64,000 bases of DNA from Bacteroidia bacterium. Lineage in GTDB: Bacteria > Bacteroidota > Bacteroidia > UBA4408. The position numbers and the translations under genes are program-made. Of the stretch, positions 19,700-30,335 are shown in pieces; positions within the stretch are counted from its first letter, which is position 1; each line of letters begins with the position of its first letter. The notes under the pieces are model-generated. The model ran no database searches, had not been told where the DNA came from, and worked only from the letters and a program-made list of their open reading frames with translations. Where the stretch lies: assembly GCA_035438985.1 (NCBI GenBank), contig DAORJK010000005.1, positions 47,757 to 111,756 of the forward strand. The letters are read 5' to 3'.

Positions 19700-20917
19700 T
19701 TATTTTTTAGGACTATTAGAGCTTACCAGGTCGATCACTTTTTGAACAATATCCACCGCTACTTCCTGCTTACTTTTTAACTCAAATTTTGTAATTTTAG
19801 TATGCTTGTCAATAAGTGTAATTTTATTGGTATCGCTTTTAAAGCCGGCACCTTTGTCGTTTAATGAATTTAATACAATAAAATCGAGGTTCTTATTTTT
19901 AATCTTGGCTTTAGCATGCTCTATTTCATTATCGGTTTCAAGTGCAAAACCAACTAAAAGTTGGTGTTTTTTCTTTAGTTTTCCTAGTGATGCTAGTATA
20001 TCGGTAGTATGCTCTAACTCAATGCTAGAGAATCCACTGGACTTCTTAATTTTATTTTTTGACGGTTTAGCTGGTTTAAAATCTGCAACAGCTGCCGACA
20101 ACACTGCGATATCGCTGGATTTAAACAAATTTCGGCAAGCTTCCCACATATCATCGGCCGATAGTACGTCAATTCTATTTATTCCTGGGTTATTCAATTT
20201 GAGGCTGCTTGGACCAATAACCAAATCAACCTTTGCTCCTTGTTTCGCCATTTGTTCGGCCAATGCTATTCCCATTTTTCCACTGCTATGATTCCCAATA
20301 AAGCGAACCGCATCAATTGCTTCATAGGTTGGACCTGCTGTAATTAAGACATTTTTGCCGGTCAATGGTAAATTCGTTTTCCAAAAGCTTTTTATTTCAG
20401 AAACAATCTCCTCAGGTTCCGCCATTCGACCTTCTCCTATTAACCCACTTGCTAATTCACCAAATCCTGTAGCTAAAACAATGTTCCCGTAACTTTTTAA
20501 TGCCTCTAAATTCTTTTTGGTGGTCGGGTGTTGATACATATCAAGGTCCATTGCCGGTGCAATCATTACTTTACATTTTGCTGATAAGTATGTAGCCATG
20601 ACTAAGTTATCGCAAATTCCCATGGCCATTTTAGCAACGGTATTAGCTGATGCAGGAGCTATCACAAATAAATCGGCCCAAAGAGCTAAGTCAACATGAT
20701 TGTTCCATTCGCCCTCTTTATTGGTTGTAAATTCTGATACTACCGGATGCTTTGATAAAGTAGATAAGGTGAGTGGACTTATAAACTCTTTTGCATTGGC
20801 AGTCATCAATACTTTTACTTGTGCTCCTTCTTTTACAAGCAAACGAATTAAAACGGCCGATTTATAGGCCGCAATGCTACCGGTAACAGCAAGTAATATT
20901 TTTTTGTTTTTCAGCAT
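19700..20917 (-). CDS. coaBC: Bifunctional phosphopantothenoylcysteine decarboxylase/phosphopantothenate-cysteine ligase
   Basis: Flavoprotein N-terminal domain followed by a CoaB domain. 405 aa. Confidence 0.9.
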   Translation of the reverse strand: MLKNKKILLAVTGSIAAYKSAVLIRLLVKEGAQVKVLMTANAKEFISPLTLSTLSKHPVVSEFTTNKEGEWNNHVDLALWADLFVIAPASANTVAKMAMGICDNLVMATYLSAKCKVMIAPAMDLDMYQHPTTKKNLEALKSYGNIVLATGFGELASGLIGEGRMAEPEEIVSEIKSFWKTNLPLTGKNVLITAGPTYEAIDAVRFIGNHSSGKMGIALAEQMAKQGAKVDLVIGPSSLKLNNPGINRIDVLSADDMWEACRNLFKSSDIAVLSAAVADFKPAKPSKNKIKKSSGFSSIELEHTTDILASLGKLKKKHQLLVGFALETDNEIEHAKAKIKNKNLDFIVLNSLNDKGAGFKSDTNKITLIDKHTKITKFELKSKQEVAVDIVQKVIDLVSSNSPKK

Positions 20918-20996
20918 TTCACCAAATAAAATCCGGCTGTTAGTTTACTGTTATTTACAGTAGCACAACAGCCGGATAACATTTAAAGTTAAGAAA

Positions 20997-21323
20997 TTAG
21001 TTAGTTTCTTTAGCAGGGTTTCGCGAATAAATTTTGCCTTCAGCAAACTCCTGAATTGCAATCAAAACAGGTTTCGGAAGTTTTTCATAATGCTTTGAAA
21101 CTTCAATTTGTTCGCGGTTTTCGAAAACTTCCTCTAAGTTATCGCTAGAAGTTGCAAACTCGCTTAATTTATTATTTAACTCTTCTTTCATTTCAGTGCT
21201 AATTTGATTGGCACGTTTAGAAATGATCGCCAGTGTTTCATAAATATTACCTGTTTTTGCGTCTAAATCTCTTAAATCTCTGGTGATAGTAGATGATTCG
21301 GCAGCTGTTTTTTTGTAACTCAT
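20997..21323 (-). CDS. rpoZ: DNA-directed RNA polymerase subunit omega
   Basis: NIYETLAIISKRANQI matches the RpoZ core. It also sits in the bamD-rpoZ-coaBC synteny. Confidence 0.7.
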   Translation of the reverse strand: MSYKKTAAESSTITRDLRDLDAKTGNIYETLAIISKRANQISTEMKEELNNKLSEFATSSDNLEEVFENREQIEVSKHYEKLPKPVLIAIQEFAEGKIYSRNPAKETN

Positions 21324-21340
21324 GCTATGTTGTATTTAAA

Positions 21341-22153
21341 TTATGATTTCTCTTGTTTATCCTTGTTTAATTGCTTTTGTGATGATTCAAAAATCGATTC
21401 GGCTTCGGTCAAATATTTACTATTGCTATATTTATCGATGAATTTATAATAGTTTTCAATAGTAGACTTGTATCGTTCACTTTTTTTTTCGGCAACACTA
21501 TTTTTAGCCAACAAATAATTTGACTTTAATATCATAAAATTAGCTTCTTCCCTGTAAGGATTATCAGGAAAATCTTTTAATAAATTTTTGAAAGCCTGCA
21601 TAGATGCTTTATAATCTTCTATGTTATAATACAACATGGCAATTTCGTAATATTTTCGTTCGAGTTTGCTTCTCAATTTGTCAATGTAATCGTTGCAATC
21701 TTTTATTCGTGTACTCGATGGATATAAATTAATAAACAATTGAAATTCATTAATCGCTTTTACTGTATTTTCTTGATCTAAGCTGTAAGAAGGTGAATCT
21801 AAAAAATAGCAATAAGCACTCGTAAACATGGCTTCTTCAGCGAATTCACTTTTAGGAAATGTTCTTACAAAGTTTTTTAAATGATAACTGGCCAACAAGT
21901 AATCGCCCAATCCAAAATTACTGTATGCATAATAATATGAAACCTGTTCAGCTTTCGCTGTTCCTCGGTAAACAGTCATTAGCTCCTCCAGTAAAGGTAA
22001 GGCTTTTACATAATTTTTCTTTGAGTAATATTCAACTGCCTTATTGTACTTTAGCTCAAAATCAGAGCTTTTAAGTAAGCGGTTGTAAGTATTACAAGAA
22101 GTAAAAATGAGTGTGCAGACAATTATTAAATAGCTGCTAACTTTTTTAAACAT
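21341..22153 (-). CDS. bamD: Outer membrane protein assembly factor BamD (TPR lipoprotein). The start is trimmed to the Met of MFKKVSSYLIIVCTLIFTSC.
   Basis: Lipobox plus TPR repeats. Confidence 0.8.
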   Translation of the reverse strand: MFKKVSSYLIIVCTLIFTSCNTYNRLLKSSDFELKYNKAVEYYSKKNYVKALPLLEELMTVYRGTAKAEQVSYYYAYSNFGLGDYLLASYHLKNFVRTFPKSEFAEEAMFTSAYCYFLDSPSYSLDQENTVKAINEFQLFINLYPSSTRIKDCNDYIDKLRSKLERKYYEIAMLYYNIEDYKASMQAFKNLLKDFPDNPYREEANFMILKSNYLLAKNSVAEKKSERYKSTIENYYKFIDKYSNSKYLTEAESIFESSQKQLNKDKQEKS

Positions 22154-22282
22154 CGGGCAAAGATACAAATAGCAATGCATATATAAAAACTGTAACCGGT
22201 ATATATTAACAACGAAGTTAACAGTTTATTGCATGCCTTGATTAGGTGCTTTAATCGTGTTCATTTTTTATCGTATTTGCAC

Positions 22283-22320
22283 AAAAAAAGCTCAGGATTT
22301 CCTGAGCTTTTTTTGTTTTT
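22283..22320. terminator. Bidirectional hairpin terminator (AGCTCAGGA-TTT-CCTGAGCT) flanked by A and T runs. It follows rplT.
   Basis: Perfect 9-bp stem with poly-T on both strands. Confidence 0.6.
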
Positions 22321-22335
22321 GAAAACAAGTAAAAT

Positions 22336-22680
22336 TTACTTTATTGCATCTACTACCGCTTTAAATGCAGCAGGATGATTCATTGCTAAATCGGCAAGCA
22401 CCTTGCGGTTTAACTGCACATTTTTAGCATGTATTTTACCCATAAATTCGGAATACGACATTCCATGGGGGCGAATACCAGCATTGATACGTTGAATCCA
22501 CAAACCACGGAAATTCCTTTTTTTGGTTTTTCTATCGCGGTAAGCGTAAGTTAATCCTTTTTCTAACGTATTTTTTGCAACCGTATACACGTTTTTACGG
22601 GCACCCCAATAACCTTTGGTTTGATTGAGGATTTTTTTTCTTCTAGCTTTACTCGCTACCGAGTTGACTGATCTTGGCAT
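22336..22680 (-). CDS. rplT: 50S ribosomal protein L20
   Basis: The L20 sequence is unmistakable. Confidence 0.95.
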   Translation of the reverse strand: MPRSVNSVASKARRKKILNQTKGYWGARKNVYTVAKNTLEKGLTYAYRDRKTKKRNFRGLWIQRINAGIRPHGMSYSEFMGKIHAKNVQLNRKVLADLAMNHPAAFKAVVDAIK

Positions 22681-22784
22681 TTTGTTTTGTTTTTTTGAAT
22701 TGAGCGTTTCGACTTAGCGAAAACTTGTTAGCTACAATTCAGGTTAATACTGATTTTACTCTGCGCTTAAAAGAAGCGGATAAA

Positions 22785-22985
22785 TTATTTACCAATGTTC
22801 AACATGCGTTTAACTCCACCTAAATCGGCATCGTTAACCAACGTTGGATTTGATAAATTTCTTTTTCTCTTGGTGCTTTTTTTGGTCAAAATATGACTTT
22901 TAAAAGCGTGCTTTCTTTTAATTTTTCCTGATCCGGTGATAGAGAATCTCTTCTTTGCACTGGAATTGGTTTTCATTTTAGGCAT
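22785..22985 (-). CDS. rpmI: 50S ribosomal protein L35
   Basis: [14 protein letters not shown]... is the L35 signature. Confidence 0.9.
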   Translation of the reverse strand: MPKMKTNSSAKKRFSITGSGKIKRKHAFKSHILTKKSTKRKRNLSNPTLVNDADLGGVKRMLNIGK

Positions 22986-23068
22986 CTCTGTTTTTATTAT
23001 TTATTTAATTGTTGATTTATACTCTCTTTTAATATTATATAATCTATTTCGATTTAACTGCACTTTAT

Positions 23069-23680
23069 TTATTTCGACTTCTTTGGTGCAATCATCATTT
23101 GCATTTTTTTTCCTTCCAACAAAGGCAACTGTTCAACTTTGCCAATCTCTTCTAACTCTTGTGCAAACTTCAACAACAAAATTTCACCTTGTTCTTTAAA
23201 TAATATCGATCTTCCTTTAAAGAACACAAAGGCTTTTACTTTTGAACCTTCTTCTAAAAATTTAATAGCATGGTTTTTTTTAAAATTAAAATCATGCTCA
23301 TCAGTATTCGGTCCAAAACGAATTTCTTTTACAACTACTTTAGAAGCTTTGGCTTTTATTTCCTTTTGCTTCTTTTTTTGCTCGTATAAAAACTTCTTAT
23401 AGTCAATTACTTTACAAACCGGTGGTTCTGCTGTTGGTGATATTTCAACAAGATCCAAACCTGCTTCTTGTGCAATTTGAAGTGCCTTTTCAATCGGAAA
23501 AATACCGGTTTCAATTCCCTCACCTACTACCCGAACCGTGCGGGCTCGAATGCGTTCATTGATATTATGGGTATCTTCTGCCTTGCGTGGATTTTTACTG
23601 AATCGTCTGTCAAAATCCGGTCGTGGAGCTGCAGGTGCTGCAGGCTTCTTGAAATTCGGGTTGTAATATTTTGTTGCTAT
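23069..23680 (-). CDS. infC: Translation initiation factor IF-3. It is longer than the ORF-track Met start at 23458. The probable non-AUG start is an ATA at 23680-23678, preceded by AGGAGGA.
   Basis: The frame stays open upstream of the Met and encodes a conserved IF-3 N-domain ([51 protein letters not shown]). infC classically uses AUU or AUA starts. Confidence 0.8.
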   Translation of the reverse strand: MATKYYNPNFKKPAAPAAPRPDFDRRFSKNPRKAEDTHNINERIRARTVRVVGEGIETGIFPIEKALQIAQEAGLDLVEISPTAEPPVCKVIDYKKFLYEQKKKQKEIKAKASKVVVKEIRFGPNTDEHDFNFKKNHAIKFLEEGSKVKAFVFFKGRSILFKEQGEILLLKFAQELEEIGKVEQLPLLEGKKMQMMIAPKKSK

Positions 23681-23737
23681 ACCTTTGTCCTCCTGATTAG
23701 TTAATACTTTATTTTATTAATTATAAGATCCTAATTT

Positions 23738-25663
23738 TTAATTTACCATTTCCTTTTTCATCAACTCGGCGAAGTTTTCAATGGTAAAACTACCCAAATC
23801 TCCTTCTCCTTGTTTCCTTACAGAAACGGTGTTCTCAGCAATTTCTTTTTCTCCAATCAACAACATGAATGGAATTTTTTTCAATTCCGTATCACGAATT
23901 TTTTTGCCAATTTTTTCGTTTCTTTCGTCAACGAAGCCGCGAATATCGTAATTATTTAACAATTTTAAAACATTTTGTGCCTCTTCGTTATATTTTTCAC
24001 TAATTGGCAATACGGCAATTTGTTCCGGGCTCAGCCACAATGGGAATTTCCCTGCACAATGCTCTATTAAAACTGCCACAAAACGTTCGAGTGATCCAAA
24101 GGGAGCACGGTGAATCATTACCGGTCGATGCTTTAAGTTATCGCTGCCGGTATATTCCAGTTCGAATCGAATAGGTAAATTATAATCTACTTGAATAGTT
24201 CCTAATTGCCATTTACGCCCTATCGCATCACGCACCATAAAGTCAAGTTTAGGTCCGTAAAATGCAGCTTCACCATACTCAACTTTTGTTTTTAAACCCT
24301 TTTCTTGAGCCGATTCAATAATTGCCTGTTCAGCAAGTGCCCAATTTTCATCACTGCCTATGTATTTTGTTTTATTGTTGGGATCACGCAACGAAATTTG
24401 TGCGGTATACTCTGTAAAATCAAGTGCTTTAAATACATAAAGCACTAAATCTATTACCTTACAAAATTCTTCTTTTACCTGATCGGGTCGGCAAAATAAA
24501 TGAGCATCGTCTTGTGTAAAACCTCGCACACGTGTTAGTCCATGCAACTCTCCTGCTTGTTCGTAACGGTAAACAGTTCCAAATTCGGCCAAGCGTACAG
24601 GTAAATCCTTATATGATTTGGGAGATGATTTATAGATTTCGCAATGATGCGGACAATTCATTGGTTTTAAAAAAAACTCTTCATCTTCCCTTGGAGTGTG
24701 AATAGGTTGAAAAGAATCGGCACCATACTTTTCATAATGACCTGAAGTTATGTATAGATTTTTATTCCCAATATGTGGGGTGATAACTTGCTGATAACCT
24801 GCTTGAACTTGTGCTTTCCTCAAAAAATTTTCAAGACGTTCACGCAGTGCAGTTCCTTTCGGAAGCCAAAGTGGTAAACCCATTCCCACTTTTTCGGAAA
24901 AGGTAAATAACTCTAATTCCTTTCCCAGTTTTCGATGATCGCGTTTTTTTGCTTCTTCAAGCAATGCTAAATATTCGGTAAGTTCTTTTTGCTTGGGAAA
25001 GGTAATAGCGTAAACACGGGTGAGCATTTTGTTTTTTTCATCTCCTCTCCAGTAAGCACCGGCAATATTCATAATTTTTACAGCCTTAATAAAGCCGGTA
25101 TCAGGAATATGCGGACCGCGGCACAAATCGGTAAAGTTTCCTTGTTGATAAAAAGTTATACTTCCATCTTCAAGATCCTTTAATAAATCCAACTTGTATT
25201 CATCTTGTTTCTCAGTAAAATACTTAATCGCATCGTTTTTTGAAACCTCACTGCGTTGGTATTTGTTTTTTTGTTGAGCCAACTCGAGCATTTTGTCTTC
25301 AATATTTTTAAAGTCATCCGACGTTAACACTTTTCCTCCCAAATCAATATCGTAATAAAAACCATTTTCAATAGCAGGACCAATTCCAAACTTGGTTCCG
25401 GGATAAATTGCTTCTAAGGCTTCTGCCATAAGATGTGCCGACGAATGCCAGTAAGTGGCTTTTCCATCTGCATCGTTCCAGGTTAACAAAGAAAGTGTAG
25501 CATCCTCATTTATTGATCTTGAAGCATCCCATACTGTTCCATTAACTTTTGCCGCCAGAACATTGCGCGCTAATCCCTCACTAATACTTAAAGCTACTTG
25601 TAAAGCTGTAGTTCCCTTTTCATATTCACGCACAGCCCCATCCGGTAGAGTAATTTTAATCAT
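23738..25663 (-). CDS. thrS: Threonine--tRNA ligase
   Basis: TGS domain, editing domain and class II core. 641 aa. Confidence 0.95.
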   Translation of the reverse strand: MIKITLPDGAVREYEKGTTALQVALSISEGLARNVLAAKVNGTVWDASRSINEDATLSLLTWNDADGKATYWHSSAHLMAEALEAIYPGTKFGIGPAIENGFYYDIDLGGKVLTSDDFKNIEDKMLELAQQKNKYQRSEVSKNDAIKYFTEKQDEYKLDLLKDLEDGSITFYQQGNFTDLCRGPHIPDTGFIKAVKIMNIAGAYWRGDEKNKMLTRVYAITFPKQKELTEYLALLEEAKKRDHRKLGKELELFTFSEKVGMGLPLWLPKGTALRERLENFLRKAQVQAGYQQVITPHIGNKNLYITSGHYEKYGADSFQPIHTPREDEEFFLKPMNCPHHCEIYKSSPKSYKDLPVRLAEFGTVYRYEQAGELHGLTRVRGFTQDDAHLFCRPDQVKEEFCKVIDLVLYVFKALDFTEYTAQISLRDPNNKTKYIGSDENWALAEQAIIESAQEKGLKTKVEYGEAAFYGPKLDFMVRDAIGRKWQLGTIQVDYNLPIRFELEYTGSDNLKHRPVMIHRAPFGSLERFVAVLIEHCAGKFPLWLSPEQIAVLPISEKYNEEAQNVLKLLNNYDIRGFVDERNEKIGKKIRDTELKKIPFMLLIGEKEIAENTVSVRKQGEGDLGSFTIENFAELMKKEMVN

Positions 25664-25854
25664 ACTGTATTTTTTTAGTTAAAAAAGTTTGCGAAGTTAA
25701 GCAATTGGCTTGCGATTACAAATCAAATTATAGACATTACTATGTGCAAAACAAATTATTTACTTGTGTAAAAAATCTACTTAGCGGAATTTGATTTTGC
25801 CTACTTTATACTAACTTCGCAAACTTATTTTATACAAAACATTAAATTAAAACA

Positions 25855-28800
25855 TTGAACATGCTAAAAAAATTACTTTTTACAACCATTCTTCTAGGAA
25901 TTCAAATTAGTGCCTTTGCTCAATACTGCAACACTTCCTTACATACAGTTTCATGTACGGCCAGTGGTAATGGATACATTGATGCCGTAAGCATAGCAGC
26001 TACTTCCCTATTTAACAGCGGCACCGGATGTAGTAATACAACTTCTGCCTATACATATTTTACAGGAACTTCTCAAGTTACAGCTACTTTGGCTCGAGGT
26101 ACAACCTATACTTTTTTTGTTACCGAAGGTTTGCAAAGTAGTGATATTTCAATTTGGATTGATTATGATCAAAATTTAGTATTTGATGCAAGTGAATGGA
26201 CATCAGTAGCTGTTGGATCATCGGTTGGAGTTGCAAGCAGTGTTAGCATTACCATTCCTGCTAATGCTGTTCTTGGGCAAACAGGTATGCGTGTTAGAAG
26301 CCGTAATACAGGTTTTTCAAATGGATCAGGAGATGCTTGTACTAGCTTTGGATCCGGTGAAACAGAAGACTATGATATAACCATTGTAAGTGGCGGCAGC
26401 GGTGCAGGATGTATTGCAACTTCTCAATATCCATCCGGAACTATCGCAGGACCAACTACTAGTGGACAAGTAGTAGTTATTTCGCCTTCAACCGGTACAA
26501 CCTGTAATTATTCAGGAGAATATAGTGCGATTTCACTTTCTGTTGGAAACTATACGCTTACATCAAGTAATCCGTCTGACTTTTTTACGGTAACTAATAC
26601 ATCCAACGCTGTTTTGTTTTATGGTACTCAACCGCTGAACTTTAATATAGCTACTCCCGGAATTTACTATTCACATATTTTTTCAAATAATGGCTGCATC
26701 GCAGATAACGTATGTAGAGGAGTTTCGATTACAAGAAACGGAGTTGTTACTACCCCTCCTACTGTAACTACTACTGCTATTTCAGCTATTACAACTACAA
26801 CAGCCAGTACAGGTGGAAATGTTACAAGTGCCGGATCAGCAACTGTTACATCTCGAGGAGTTTGTTATTCAACTAACGTCAATCCTACTACCTTGGATGC
26901 TACCGTAGCCAATGGTTCGGGTACAGGTGCCTTTGTAGCTAATTTATCTTCATTAACTCCCGGTACAACCTATCATGTGCGTGCTTATGCTACAAGTAGT
27001 GCAGGTACGAGTTATGGTGCCGATGTAAGTTTTACCACAACAGCTTCAACAACCGGTTGTATTGCAACAACGATGTATCCACAAACGGTGGCTACAGGAC
27101 CAACAACCAACGGTCAAACTGTGACCATTGTAACAGATCAATATGCAGGTGAATATTATGAAATTACCTTAGTTGCTGGTTCTTTTTCAGCGGGTTCTTC
27201 TGTAACTACAGATTACTTAACTGTTACTACCACCACTAATACCATAATTGCAAGTGGAGTTCAACCTGTTGTCTTTTCAATTGCTGCAGCCGGAACTTAT
27301 AGAGTTCATGTTTTTAAAAATGCTGCATGTTTAACGGAGGCAGTTCCACGCACTACTACCATGACTAAACTTGGTATACCAACTGTTACAAGTACCGCTG
27401 CAAGCGCAATTACAGCAAGTTCAGCAACAACCGGAGGAAATGTTACAAGTGCGGGAACCGGAACAGTTACTGCACGTGGTGTTTGCTATGCAACCACAGC
27501 CAATCCTACCACTGCTAACTCAATAGTTGCAAGTGGTACCGGAACCGGTGTTTTTACTGCGAATCTAACCGGGCTAGCGATGGGAACTACTTATCATTTC
27601 AGAGCCTATGCAACCAACGCATCTGGTACCGCTTACGGTGCCGATTTAACCTTTACAACTACTACGCAAGCCCTTGCTTCGGTTACAACAACAGCAGCAA
27701 GCGCCATCACTACTACTACTGCTAACAGTGGAGGAAACGTAACCAGCATTGGAGGTTCTGCCGTTACATCGCGCGGTATTTGTTATGCCACAACTGCGAA
27801 TCCAACTTTAGCTAACACAGTAATATCAGGTGGAAGTGGTGCAGGAAGTTTCGTTTCCAATTTAACCGGTTTAAATCCCAATACTACCTATTATGTTCGA
27901 GCTTATGCTACCAACACGGCCGGAACTGCTTATGGTAGCCAAATATCTTTTGTTACTGCAAATCCTACCCCACCAACCGTAACTACCACTGCTGCGTCAT
28001 CTATTAGTTATTTTAGTGCCAATGCCGGAGGAAGTGTAACTTCAGGAGGTTCTTCTCCTGTTACTGATCGTGGAGTGTGTTATAGCACCAATCCAAGTCC
28101 AACTATTGCTAATTCAAAAGTTTCAGGAGGTAGTGGTAACGGAGTATTTAGTGTTGGATTAACAGGTCTTTCCGGAAGTACTACTTATCATTTCCGTGCC
28201 TATGCAACCAATAGTGTGGGTACCTCTTACGGAAGTGATTTAACTTTTACAACTTTAAACCCATGTATCAACAGCACTGAAGCTTATTTAACAAATTTAG
28301 CATTTGTTGATGCAGCCGTGGCAAATCAATATTCTACCTACTTCAGTTCCTATTTAACTCCTAATGCACAAGGGTTGCCTGGCTTACCAGCCACCGTTAA
28401 TACGAACGGGCTCAATCCTTATAACTTAGTGAATGTGGGACTACCCATTCGTTTTAAAGTGAAATGTTACAATAATAAAACAAATGGTACTTCAATAGTA
28501 AGCGGATTGTGTAAACTTAGAACAACAGATCCACAAATTTCTATCTCAGATAGTACTGCCGGATTAAACAATGTTGGCTGGCACAATGAAGCTTGGTCGA
28601 CCGATGAATTCGAAATTTGGGTTTCAAATTCTGTAACCACCAGTTATACTGCCTATGTGGAAGTTTTACTTACAGAAGGACCTAATAATTATTACACGAA
28701 ATGTATTCCAATTCCTATTAAACCATTTAGTGTTGCTGTATTGGATGTTGATGATGACAACAATCCGGATAGCAATGGTAACAACAACGATCAAGCAGAA

Positions 28801-29436
28801 TATAATGAGACCGTAGAATTTTTACCGTATATTAATAATAGTTCAACTTTCTCAGCATCCAAGGTTGCCGGATTTGTTCAAAATTTTGACTACTTATCAA
28901 ATGTTTCAATCTGGGACAATCATCCTGGTTCTTCCGGAACAGTTTACTCACAAGGTTGGTGGAATTATAGTTTTGGTCAACCGCAGCCAATTCCAGCAGG
29001 AACCCTAAATACTTTGCCTGAGTACGATTTTGTATTTGATTATACCTATACCTCAACTTACCGTTTCGACTTACATTTAATGATGGGAGCTGGATTTGAT
29101 TTACTAAATTCTCCCAATAACTTAACACTCATGCGTTCATCTATTCCATTAACATTTAATCCAAACTCACCTACCATTCCACCGAATGGAATAGTTTCAC
29201 AAGCAAAAAATAACGACGTAGCTGTTTATCCTAATCCTTTTAATAACGAACTTGTGGTGGTTGTAAAAGGTGCAACAACACAAACAAAATATCAAGTTAT
29301 CAATGCACTTGGAATGTTGGTACACGAAGGCTATTTGTCTGGTGAGAAATCGGCAATTAATTTATCGCATCTAGCAAGCGGTTTATATACGCTGCAAGTA
29401 AACGGACAAGCTGGAATTAAGCTATCTAAAAAATAA
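25855..29436 (+). CDS. Large secreted adhesin-like protein with a GEVED-like motif domain, internal tandem Ig/FN3-like repeats and a T9SS C-terminal sorting domain
   Basis: Signal peptide, a GSGETEDYDITIV motif, four approximately 97-aa repeats (GGNVTS...RGVCY...TTYHFRAYATN..GT.YG), two copies of a second repeat type, and a T9SS CTD (VYPNPFNNELVVVV...YTLQVNGQAG). Confidence 0.7.
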   Translation: MNMLKKLLFTTILLGIQISAFAQYCNTSLHTVSCTASGNGYIDAVSIAATSLFNSGTGCSNTTSAYTYFTGTSQVTATLARGTTYTFFVTEGLQSSDISIWIDYDQNLVFDASEWTSVAVGSSVGVASSVSITIPANAVLGQTGMRVRSRNTGFSNGSGDACTSFGSGETEDYDITIVSGGSGAGCIATSQYPSGTIAGPTTSGQVVVISPSTGTTCNYSGEYSAISLSVGNYTLTSSNPSDFFTVTNTSNAVLFYGTQPLNFNIATPGIYYSHIFSNNGCIADNVCRGVSITRNGVVTTPPTVTTTAISAITTTTASTGGNVTSAGSATVTSRGVCYSTNVNPTTLDATVANGSGTGAFVANLSSLTPGTTYHVRAYATSSAGTSYGADVSFTTTASTTGCIATTMYPQTVATGPTTNGQTVTIVTDQYAGEYYEITLVAGSFSAGSSVTTDYLTVTTTTNTIIASGVQPVVFSIAAAGTYRVHVFKNAACLTEAVPRTTTMTKLGIPTVTSTAASAITASSATTGGNVTSAGTGTVTARGVCYATTANPTTANSIVASGTGTGVFTANLTGLAMGTTYHFRAYATNASGTAYGADLTFTTTTQALASVTTTAASAITTTTANSGGNVTSIGGSAVTSRGICYATTANPTLANTVISGGSGAGSFVSNLTGLNPNTTYYVRAYATNTAGTAYGSQISFVTANPTPPTVTTTAASSISYFSANAGGSVTSGGSSPVTDRGVCYSTNPSPTIANSKVSGGSGNGVFSVGLTGLSGSTTYHFRAYATNSVGTSYGSDLTFTTLNPCINSTEAYLTNLAFVDAAVANQYSTYFSSYLTPNAQGLPGLPATVNTNGLNPYNLVNVGLPIRFKVKCYNNKTNGTSIVSGLCKLRTTDPQISISDSTAGLNNVGWHNEAWSTDEFEIWVSNSVTTSYTAYVEVLLTEGPNNYYTKCIPIPIKPFSVAVLDVDDDNNPDSNGNNNDQAEYNETVEFLPYINNSSTFSASKVAGFVQNFDYLSNVSIWDNHPGSSGTVYSQGWWNYSFGQPQPIPAGTLNTLPEYDFVFDYTYTSTYRFDLHLMMGAGFDLLNSPNNLTLMRSSIPLTFNPNSPTIPPNGIVSQAKNNDVAVYPNPFNNELVVVVKGATTQTKYQVINALGMLVHEGYLSGEKSAINLSHLASGLYTLQVNGQAGIKLSKK
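26750..28255 (+). repeat. Intragenic tandem coding repeats (about 290 nt units, four to five copies)
   Basis: The repeated protein motifs are visible in the translation. Confidence 0.6.
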
Positions 29437-29455
29437 AAATTAGATCGAATTTAGC

Positions 29456-29490
29456 ATCCCCGGAAATTGAAAAATTTTCGGGGATTTTTT
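29456..29490. terminator. Hairpin terminator (ATCCCCGGAAA...TTTCGGGGAT plus a T-run) shared by convergent genes
   Basis: A perfect stem followed by TTTTTT. Confidence 0.6.
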
Positions 29491-30196
29491 ATTTATACAG
29501 CAAGAAAATTGCAGGTCGTTTGTGTAAATTAGGGATTTTCATTTTCCAATCGTTGATTGATTGTGATTGAATAAATTCATCAGGCAAGGTTAAATCCATG
29601 GCAACACAAAGCATAGTTGTAGAAGAACAATTTTTCAGCAAATCTTCTAACAGGTGGTTATTGCGGAAAGGAGTTTCAATAAAAATTTGTGTTTGATGCT
29701 GGCTTTGAACGAGTTTTTCCAACTCCTTAATCCTTTTGTTTCTTTCGTTTCTGTCAATAGGTAAATATCCTTGAAAAGCGAAACTTTGTCCATTAAATCC
29801 GGATGCCATCAAAGCTAATAAAATTGAGGACGGTCCAACCAAAGGAACAACTTGAATGTTTTTTTGATGTGCCAGCTTCACAGCTTCGGCGCCCGGGTCA
29901 GCTATACCTGGACAACCTGCTTCTGAAATAATTCCCATGTTTTTACCCTCTAACAAACATTTCATAGCTGTCGAAAGTTCAGTGATATCGGTATGTTTAT
30001 TCAAAACGAACAAAGATATTTCTTGCAAGGGCTTTTTAATTCCTAATTTTTTCAGATACTGTCGTGCCCATTTTTCATTTTCAACTAGGTAAGTATCAAT
30101 TTCATTAATAATTTGATATACCGACGATGGAATGGTTGAAATTGGATCAATTTCGCCAAGTGTTGTAGGTATTAAATAAAGTTTTCCTTTGTCCAT
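29489..30196 (-). CDS. Tetrapyrrole-methylase-family SAM-dependent methyltransferase (RsmI/YraL-like)
   Basis: YLIPTTLGEI and GCPGIADPG motifs of the TP_methylase fold. Confidence 0.7.
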   Translation of the reverse strand: MDKGKLYLIPTTLGEIDPISTIPSSVYQIINEIDTYLVENEKWARQYLKKLGIKKPLQEISLFVLNKHTDITELSTAMKCLLEGKNMGIISEAGCPGIADPGAEAVKLAHQKNIQVVPLVGPSSILLALMASGFNGQSFAFQGYLPIDRNERNKRIKELEKLVQSQHQTQIFIETPFRNNHLLEDLLKNCSSTTMLCVAMDLTLPDEFIQSQSINDWKMKIPNLHKRPAIFLLYK

Positions 30197-30267
30197 TTAA
30201 TAATGTATTTATTGTAAAGTAGAGACTTTAGTTTCAATAAAAATCAAATATTCTTAATATTTACATG

Positions 30268-30323
30268 AAATATCATTCATTAGTAGATTTTTAAAATATT
30301 AATGAATGATATATCATTCAAAT
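30268..30323. promoter_or_regulatory. Nested palindromes (ATATCATTCATTA ... TAATGAATGATAT, and TGAATGATATATCATTCA) in the promoter region of the methyltransferase gene
   Basis: Three copies of the half-site ATCATTCA in inverted and direct orientation. Confidence 0.3.
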
Positions 30324-30335
30324 AATAATACTAAA

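Noticed and set aside
19806-20291. 161-aa antisense ORF within coaBC
   Set aside because: Low-complexity Ser/Leu-rich translation on the strand opposite a strongly conserved gene.
23468-23704. 78-aa + strand ORF upstream of the annotated infC Met
   Set aside because: It lies opposite the genuine N-terminal extension of infC, which is conserved IF-3 sequence on the minus strand.
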